A stretch of 34,277 nucleotides of DNA from Luminiphilus sp. (GTDB taxonomy: Bacteria > Planctomycetota > UBA1135 > UBA2386). The notes beneath the pieces were generated by a model that was not told the DNA's origin, made no database searches, and saw only the letters and a program-made list of their open reading frames with translations. Each line of letters begins with the position of its first letter. Position 1 is the stretch's first letter. Shown piece by piece: positions 1-6,354 of this stretch. The position numbers and the translations under genes are program-made. The stretch lies in contig JBERSB010000259.1 of assembly GCA_041236755.1 (NCBI GenBank), forward strand, positions 1 through 34,277, written 5' to 3'.

Positions 1-2580
1 GTCCTTGGGCAAGGACGCGTTGGTCGTGCCGTCGGAGACGTATGGGCCGTAGCGTCCGTCGAACAGCTTGATCGGCAGCTCGGACTCGGGGTGGTTGCCG
101 AGCTCCTTCTTGGGCTGCGCCGCGGCGCGGCGGCCGCGTTGCTTGGGCTCGCTGAAGATCTTGATCGCCTCCTCCATCGTGAAGGTCAGCGGCGAGCCGT
201 CGGCCGGGATGCTGCGCGTGTCCGTGCCCCACTTGAGGTAGGGGCCGAAGCGGCCGTTGGCGGCGAGCAGCGGCAGCTCGTCCGGCTCCTCTGCGAGCGG
301 CGGCTTGCCGACGCCGACGGTGCGGGGCAGCGCGAGCGTCGCGAGCGCCTCTTGGAGCGTCACCGTCTCAGGCTCCATGCCCTTGAGGAGCGACGCCATC
401 TTGGGCTTCTCCTCCTTCTTGAGCTTCTTGCCCTTGGGCACCTCGGGCATCTCGCCGAGCTGGAAGTACGGGCCGAACCGGCCGACCTTCAGGTAGACCG
501 TCTTGCCGGTCTCCGGGTCGCTGCCGAGCTCCTTGGGGCCTTCAGCACCCTTCGCGATCAGCTCGAGGGCGCGCGCCAGCGTCAGCTCGTCGGGCGGGGT
601 CTCGTCGGGCACGGGCGCGTTCTTGTCGCCGCACGACAAGAACGGCCCGTAGCGGCCGACCCGGACCTCGACCAGCTCGCCCTGCTCGTTGTTGCCCAGC
701 GGGATCGAGCAGATCTTGCGCGGGTCGATGTCGTCCTGCACCGCGCCGATGCGGTCTTGCAGGCCCGGCGAGCCGTTGCCGAGGTAGAAGTGCTTGAGGT
801 AGTCGTTGCGGGTCGCCTTGCCGTTGCTGATCTCGTCGAGGTCGCTCTCCATCTTGGCGGTGAACGCGTAGTCGACGAGCCAGCCGAGGTACTGCGCGAG
901 CAGGTCCACGACGGCGAACGCGGTGAACGTCGGCACCAGCGCCGAGCCCTTCTTCCAGACGTACTGGCGGCGCACGATCGTCTCGATGATCGCCGCGTAG
1001 GTCGACGGACGGCCGATGCCGCGCGCCTCGAGCTCCTTGATCAGGCCGGCCTCGGTGATCCGCCCGGGCGGCTGCGTCGTGTGGCCGGACGGCGCGAGCT
1101 CGTCGGCCTTCGCGGTCTCGCCCTCCTCGAGGCTCGGCAGCACGCGCTCGGCGTCGGCCTTGGCGTCCTCGGCGTCGGCGTCGTCGAGGTCCTCGACGTA
1201 GGCCAGCCGGTAGCCCGCGAAGTCGACCGTCTTGCCGGTCGCGCCGAAGCGCGCCTCGCCGTGCTCCTTGGACTGCATCGTCAGCGCCATCGTCGTGCGC
1301 TGCCCCTCGGCGTCCTTCATCTGGCACGCGACCGTGCGCCGCCAGATCAGGTCGTAGAGCTTGCGCTCGTCGTCGCCCATCTCGGCCGACAGGTCGTTGG
1401 GGTGCGTGAACGACTCGCCGGCGGGCCGGATCGCCTCGTGAGCCTCCTGCGCGTTCTTGACCTTGGTCGAGTAGCTGCGCGGCTGTTCGGGCACGTAGTC
1501 CGCGCCGAACTCCGCTCCGATCAGCGCGCGCGCGGCGGCGACGGCCTGCGTCGACAGCGTCGTCGAGTCCGTGCGCATGTAGGTGATGAAGCCGTTCTCG
1601 TAGAGCCGCTGGGCGGCGCGCATCGTGCGCTGCGCCGCGAACCGCAGCTTGCGCGCAGACTCCTGCTGCAGCGTCGAGGTCGTGAACGGCGGCTTCGGGC
1701 GCTCGGTGTAGGGCTTCTGCTCGACCTTGACGACCTGGGCGCGGCCGCCTTGGAACTCCTCCGCGAGCGCCCGGGCGACCGCCTCGGGCAGCACCGCGAC
1801 GTCGCCGCCGTCCTTCTGCTCGGCGGTCTTGAGCTTGCCGGTGTCCGGGTCGAAGTGGCTGCCGTTGGCGACGCGCTTGCCGCCGATCGACTGCATGTTG
1901 GCCGGGAACGCGATCGCCTCCTCGCCGCCCTGGAGCGTGGCTTCCAGCGTCCAGTAGTCGGCGGGCACGAAGCGCATGCGCTCGCGCTCCCGCTCGACGA
2001 TCAGCCGCACCGCGACCGACTGGACCCGGCCGGCCGACAGCTTCGGCTTGACCTTCTTCCAGAGCAGCGGAGATACGGTGTAGCCGTAGAGTCGGTCGAC
2101 GAGGCGGCGCGTCTCCTGGGCCTCGACGAGGTCCATGTCGATCTCACGCGGCGTCTCCAAGGCCTTGAGGATGGCGGACTTGGTGATCTCGTGGAAGACC
2201 AGGCGCTTGGTCTCGCACTTGGGCTTCAGCTCCTCGAGCAGGTGCCAGGAGATCGACTCGCCCTCGCGGTCTTCATCGGTCGCGAGGTAGAGCGTCGAGG
2301 CGTCCTTGACCATCGCGCGGAGCTTCTTGAGGTGCTCCTTCTTCTCGGCCGGGACCACGTAGAGGGCCTTGAAGTCCTCTTCGACGTCGATGCCGAGCTT
2401 GGCCCACTTCTCGCCCTTGAGCCTCGCGGGCACCTCGCTGGCCGTGCTCGGCAGGTCCCGGATGTGGCCGATGCTGGCCTCTATGCGGTAGTCCGAGCCC
2501 AGGTACTTGCCGATCGTGCGCGCCTTGGCGGGCGATTCGACGATCACGACGGGTGTCCCTGCTTGGTTGTTCTTGGGCAT
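1..2580 (-). CDS. topA: DNA topoisomerase I (type IA), 3' end beyond window
   Basis: Translated by hand from ATG at 2580 (absent from the ORF track because no stop lies in the window): MPKNNQAGTPVVIVESPAKARTIGKYLG...SIGHIRDLP (TOPRIM), ATDEDREGE, SAGRVQS, catalytic GFITYMRTDS, GIGRPSTYA, and C-terminal GR(F/Y)GP(F/Y) repeats. Confidence 0.97.
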   Translation of the reverse strand, partial: MPKNNQAGTPVVIVESPAKARTIGKYLGSDYRIEASIGHIRDLPSTASEVPARLKGEKWAKLGIDVEEDFKALYVVPAEKKEHLKKLRAMVKDASTLYLATDEDREGESISWHLLEELKPKCETKRLVFHEITKSAILKALETPREIDMDLVEAQETRRLVDRLYGYTVSPLLWKKVKPKLSAGRVQSVAVRLIVERERERMRFVPADYWTLEATLQGGEEAIAFPANMQSIGGKRVANGSHFDPDTGKLKTAEQKDGGDVAVLPEAVARALAEEFQGGRAQVVKVEQKPYTERPKPPFTTSTLQQESARKLRFAAQRTMRAAQRLYENGFITYMRTDSTTLSTQAVAAARALIGAEFGADYVPEQPRSYSTKVKNAQEAHEAIRPAGESFTHPNDLSAEMGDDERKLYDLIWRRTVACQMKDAEGQRTTMALTMQSKEHGEARFGATGKTVDFAGYRLAYVEDLDDADAEDAKADAERVLPSLEEGETAKADELAPSGHTTQPPGRITEAGLIKELEARGIGRPSTYAAIIETIVRRQYVWKKGSALVPTFTAFAVVDLLAQYLGWLVDYAFTAKMESDLDEISNGKATRNDYLKHFYLGNGSPGLQDRIGAVQDDIDPRKICSIPLGNNEQGELVEVRVGRYGPFLSCGDKNAPVPDETPPDELTLARALELIAKGAEGPKELGSDPETGKTVYLKVGRFGPYFQLGEMPEVPKGKKLKKEEKPKMASLLKGMEPETVTLQEALATLALPRTVGVGKPPLAEEPDELPLLAANGRFGPYLKWGTDTRSIPADGSPLTFTMEEAIKIFSEPKQRGRRAAAQPKKELGNHPESELPIKLFDGRYGPYVSDGTTNASLPKD

Positions 2581-2601
2581 TCGCTGGTGGGGGCCGACGC
2601 C

Positions 2602-2631
2602 TTGTTAGGGGGCCGGGGAACCCACTGTCAA
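2602..2631 (-). promoter_or_regulatory. candidate sigma70 promoter of topA
   Basis: Minus strand reads TTGACA (2631-2626), an 18-bp GC-rich spacer, then TAACAA (2607-2602), about 20 nt upstream of the ATG. The -10 is imperfect. Confidence 0.5.
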
Positions 2632-2715
2632 GCGTCGTCGGTCCGCGGGGCGCCCTACGAACGGATTGGTGGGCCCTTGTGCGTAGCGCGCGGTGCTGCC
2701 GCAGGTTCTCGGAAG

Positions 2716-2758
2716 GGTCACGTGGTCTTCACGGCATCTGAACGGGGCTTCCTAGCTT
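2716..2758 (+). promoter_or_regulatory. 11-bp-period direct repeats (OmpR/PhoB-type box) plus -10 element
   Basis: GGTCACGTGGT/CTTCACGGCAT/CTGAACGGGGC followed by TAGCTT (2753-2758). The 14-mer TCTTCACGGCATCT (2726-2739) recurs at 4942-4955. Confidence 0.6.
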
Positions 2759-2832
2759 GTCTCGTGCCTGAGGGCGCTCCCGAAGGCGAACGACACGCAA
2801 TCCAAGCAACCAATCCAATCAGACACTGCACC

Positions 2833-4782
2833 ATGCACCCCACGCGCATTCTCGTCGCCTGCCTCGGCCTCGTCGCGGCGGCTTCCGCCCAATCCATCAC
2901 GGGCAGCAACGGCGTCGATTTCTCCGCTCCGTTCAACACTTCGATCACGCTGGACCCGGCCAACAACCCCCACGTGCTGTCCGGTGACATCTACATCGAG
3001 CCGGGCGCGACCCTGACGATCCTCCCGGGCGTCCGCTTCGAGAGCAACCTCAACAGCACGCTGGCCATCACCCGCGGCGCCCAGATCTTCGCCGAGGGCA
3101 CCCAGGACGCCCCGATCGTGTTCACGTCCAACCAGGACACCGGTGTCTACCGCCAGGACGCCAACAACGAGTGGGGCAACCTGACGGTCATGGGCTCGGG
3201 TTACATCTCCGAGGACGAGACGGCCACCAACACGTCGACGCCTTCGGCGAGCAACTATGCGGACATGGAAGGCCTGACGCCTGCGGTCGTCGGCTTCAAC
3301 GACTACGGCGGCGGCGACGACAACGACGACAGCGGCACGATCGCGTTCTGCACCTTCTCCTACGGCGGCATCGCGTCGATCCCGGGCAAGGAGCTGAACG
3401 GCCTGTCGCTCGGCGGCATCGGCCGCGGCACCGACATCCACCACGTCGAGATCCTGAACAACATCGACGACGGCATCGAGGTCTGGGGCGGCACCGTCAA
3501 CCTCAGCTACGTGTCGATCTGGAACATCGGAGACGACAGCTTCGACATCGACCAGGGCTGGCGCGGCAAGGCCCAGTTCGGCCTGATCGTGCAGGGCGCC
3601 TCGAACCAGGGCGCGCAGGGCTCGGGCTTCGGCGACAACGCGATGGAGATCGACGGCGCCGAGCGCTGCGACTGGCAGCCGGTCACGACTGCGGCCATCC
3701 ACAACTTCACGGTCGTCGGCGGCGACCGCCCGGCCGGCGTCAACCCGACCGACGAGCTGGTCGAGTTCCGCGACAACGCGCGCGTCCAGTTCCTCAACTG
3801 CATCTTCATGGACGCAGGCAAGGAGGTCATCAACGACAAGGTCACCGACGGTGAGGCCAACAACAACACCACCGTCTGCGGCGCCGGCTCGGCCGTTCCG
3901 CAGCTGCTGACGCGCATGACCACGCCCGCCACGCAGACCTACGCGAACAACCCGTTCTCGAACCCGGCTGCGGCCTACCAGGCGCAGAACAGCGCCGGCA
4001 ACCTCGTCGAGTTCCGCGGCTGCCTCTACTACAACAACAACGCGAGTTCGGCCTACACCGAGGCGCTCGGCTACGGCGTGTTCTCCTCGTTCCCGGTCGC
4101 GGGCACCAACCACGCCAACAACGACATCCTCGTCAGCATGCCGATCACGGCGCGCCAGCGCTCGGCCACGACCTTCATCGGCTCGGGCAGCAGCAACCAC
4201 GGCGTCAACCCGGTCACGTTCCTGGACCCGACGCCGACCGGCGCGGCGCTCTCGGTCGCCGAGGTCAGCCCCGCCGACGGCTTCTTCCGCGGCGCGCCCT
4301 ACGCCGGCGGCTTCGCGCCGGGCAACAACTGGCTGATCGGCTGGAGCCGCACCAGCGTCTACGGCCTGACCACCCAGCGCACGGCCGGCACCAACGAGCC
4401 GATCCACGGCACCGAGAACGGCGGCGCGGCGGGCCACCCTGTGCTCTACACGGACGGTGACTGGAGCGTCGGCTCGCAGGTCACCCAGAACCTGACCAAC
4501 CTGCCGCTGGGCGTGGGCTTCATCCTGTTCGCGACGGCGCCCGCGAACCCGATCGTCCCGACGGCCGGCATCCCGCTCGGCCTGTTCGGCATCGACACCC
4601 TGATCCCGAGCAGCACCGGCGCGATCGTGGTCGTGTCGGGCGCCGGTCAGGGCAGCTACGGCTTCACGATGCCGGCGGGCAACTGGTCCGGGCTGAAGTT
4701 CTACACGCAGGGCTTCGCCTTCGACGCGAGCCTGCCGAACGGCGACTTCTCGGTCTCGAACGCGCAGCGCCACAACCTCTGA
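2833..4782 (+). CDS. secreted right-handed beta-helix protein with distinct C-terminal beta domain (649 aa)
   Basis: True start is ATG 2833 (MHPTRILVACLGLVAAASA-Q signal peptide) inside the 91..4782 ORF. Beta-helix-type motifs: IEPGATLTILPGV, AEGTQDAPIVFTS, WGNL, DDSGTI, ELNGLSLGGIGRGT, DDGIEVWGGTVN, GDDSFDIDQGWRG. Confidence 0.85.
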   Translation: MHPTRILVACLGLVAAASAQSITGSNGVDFSAPFNTSITLDPANNPHVLSGDIYIEPGATLTILPGVRFESNLNSTLAITRGAQIFAEGTQDAPIVFTSNQDTGVYRQDANNEWGNLTVMGSGYISEDETATNTSTPSASNYADMEGLTPAVVGFNDYGGGDDNDDSGTIAFCTFSYGGIASIPGKELNGLSLGGIGRGTDIHHVEILNNIDDGIEVWGGTVNLSYVSIWNIGDDSFDIDQGWRGKAQFGLIVQGASNQGAQGSGFGDNAMEIDGAERCDWQPVTTAAIHNFTVVGGDRPAGVNPTDELVEFRDNARVQFLNCIFMDAGKEVINDKVTDGEANNNTTVCGAGSAVPQLLTRMTTPATQTYANNPFSNPAAAYQAQNSAGNLVEFRGCLYYNNNASSAYTEALGYGVFSSFPVAGTNHANNDILVSMPITARQRSATTFIGSGSSNHGVNPVTFLDPTPTGAALSVAEVSPADGFFRGAPYAGGFAPGNNWLIGWSRTSVYGLTTQRTAGTNEPIHGTENGGAAGHPVLYTDGDWSVGSQVTQNLTNLPLGVGFILFATAPANPIVPTAGIPLGLFGIDTLIPSSTGAIVVVSGAGQGSYGFTMPAGNWSGLKFYTQGFAFDASLPNGDFSVSNAQRHNL

Positions 4783-4806
4783 GCGTCCGAGAGGTCGTGA
4801 CGACAC

Positions 4807-4842
4807 GCAGGCGGGGTGCGGCCAAGGTCGCGCTCCGCCTGC
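4807..4842 (+). terminator. strong hairpin downstream of beta-helix gene (terminator or mRNA stabiliser)
   Basis: GCAGGCGGGGTGCGGC-CAAG-GTCGCGCTCCGCCTGC pairs fully when G-U pairs are allowed; starts 25 nt after the stop; no U-tract. Confidence 0.55.
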
Positions 4843-4888
4843 TGCAATTCCGGGGACGCACCGGCGCGCTGATGCGCGTCGCCCATCG

Positions 4889-4974
4889 CTTGACGAGATC
4901 TTGACCGGACGTCGGCCCTTCTAGTCCGAATCACAACGGTCTCTTCACGGCATCTACACGTAGGTCCATAGCGT
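4889..4974 (+). promoter_or_regulatory. 11-bp-period direct repeats (OmpR/PhoB-type box) plus -10 element
   Basis: CTTGACGAGAT/CTTGACCGGAC (4889-4910), then CACAACGGTCT/CTTCACGGCAT/CTACACGTAGG (4932-4964), then TAGCGT (4969-4974). Motif-to -10 spacing is 13 nt, the same as at 2726-2758. Confidence 0.6.
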
Positions 4975-5080
4975 CGTCGTCGTGATCCCGGACGAGGCGC
5001 GAACGGCCGTGCCGAACCGGGCCCGCACAGCGCCGCCGACGCGGCGCGACTGCACGCGCCAACCACTGCTGACTGTCTTC

Positions 5081-6352
5081 ATGAAGACGCCCTTCGCCTC
5101 CTCTGTACTGCTGCTCTGCGTGCTGCCGCTGGTCTCCTGCGGCGACGACCACCAGCACGCCGTGACCTCCGCCCGCGCGGCCGGGCACGCCGAAGTCGTC
5201 GACGCGGCCGCGGACCCCTCGCAGAGAGCGCTGCTCGAGCTGGCGTTCGAGGCGGCGTCACGGTTCCCCACGTCGCCACACAAGAAGAACCGGGGCCGCG
5301 CCCAAGGGCTGGTGCTCGCCGGTTGCTTCGAGCTCGGTCTGCCGCTCCTGGCGCTGCGCTTCGCGCCGCAGGCCGAGGGCTGGCGACGCGGGGCCGCCTA
5401 CGCGGACTTCGTCTACCACGCTGCTCGCCAAGGCGTCACCGAAGGCTCGCGGCGCTACCTCGCGCTCGCATCGCAGGTCGTCGACGCTGAGTCCGCGGTC
5501 CCGAACGCGCAGCAATGGCGGCTCGACACGGTGCGCCTGAAGATCGCGCGGGCGCTCGCGGCCGTCGGCGACCTCGACGGCGCCCAGCAGACCGCGGGAG
5601 CGATCGACGCGTCTTCGCGCGGCGCCGTCGACCCGGACTGGTCGACGACGGTCGCGTCCCGCGTCGTGGACATGGACCTCGACGCGGCGCGCCGGGACCT
5701 CGCCCTGATCACGGACTCGTTCGAAGGTCAGTCGCTCGGCGAGCAGGGCTCCTCGCTGGCGGTCCTGAGCGCGATGCACGGACGGTTCTTCTCGGATCGC
5801 GAGCTGCGCGAACAGCTCGAGGAGCGCCTGCTGGTCCGCTACGTCAAGTTGCCGGCAGCCCTGCGCCTCGAGGCCATCGCGCCGCTCGTGGGTCACTACC
5901 TCGCCAACGACGAGGTGGACGGCGCGCGTGAGATCGTCGCGCAGCTGGCCGCGCTCGTCGAGCGCACGCGCTGGCGCCCGGAGGACAAGCTGCCGGCGCT
6001 GGCGCGCATGGCCGAGCTGCGCGCGGACCTCGGAGACGTCGACCTGGCGCGGCAGGAGCTGGAAGCAGCCCTGGTCTACTACCACGAGGTCCGAGGCGAG
6101 ATCTTCGACATCTACCGCTGCGACGCGCTGCGCCCGGTCGGCCTCGCGTTCGCGCACCTCGGGGACCGCGAGCGGGCCCTGGACCTGCTCGCGACGGCGC
6201 TCGAGGAGGGGGTCCAGAACCCCAACGCGCGGCCGCGCTGCGATGACCTCGTCGAGACCTGCGTCGCCATGGCTTCGCGACGTATCGAGCCGTCCGCAGA
6301 GATGTTCGACAGGATGCGCGCGGTCTGCGCCGACCTGAACGAGCCCTGGTAG
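5081..6352 (+). CDS. alpha-helical (TPR-like) lipoprotein of unknown function (423 aa)
   Basis: ATG 5081 gives MKTPFASSVLLLCVLPLVS-C (lipobox-like). Amphipathic helical repeats (GDLDGAQQ, GDVDLARQEL, GDRERALDLL). Ends 2 nt before the receptor gene. Confidence 0.7.
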   Translation: MKTPFASSVLLLCVLPLVSCGDDHQHAVTSARAAGHAEVVDAAADPSQRALLELAFEAASRFPTSPHKKNRGRAQGLVLAGCFELGLPLLALRFAPQAEGWRRGAAYADFVYHAARQGVTEGSRRYLALASQVVDAESAVPNAQQWRLDTVRLKIARALAAVGDLDGAQQTAGAIDASSRGAVDPDWSTTVASRVVDMDLDAARRDLALITDSFEGQSLGEQGSSLAVLSAMHGRFFSDRELREQLEERLLVRYVKLPAALRLEAIAPLVGHYLANDEVDGAREIVAQLAALVERTRWRPEDKLPALARMAELRADLGDVDLARQELEAALVYYHEVRGEIFDIYRCDALRPVGLAFAHLGDRERALDLLATALEEGVQNPNARPRCDDLVETCVAMASRRIEPSAEMFDRMRAVCADLNEPW

Positions 6353-6354
6353 CT

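Noticed and set aside
91-2832. N-terminal 914 aa of the 1563-aa plus-strand ORF
   Set aside because: Antisense shadow of topA. The real gene starts at ATG 2833 with a signal peptide.
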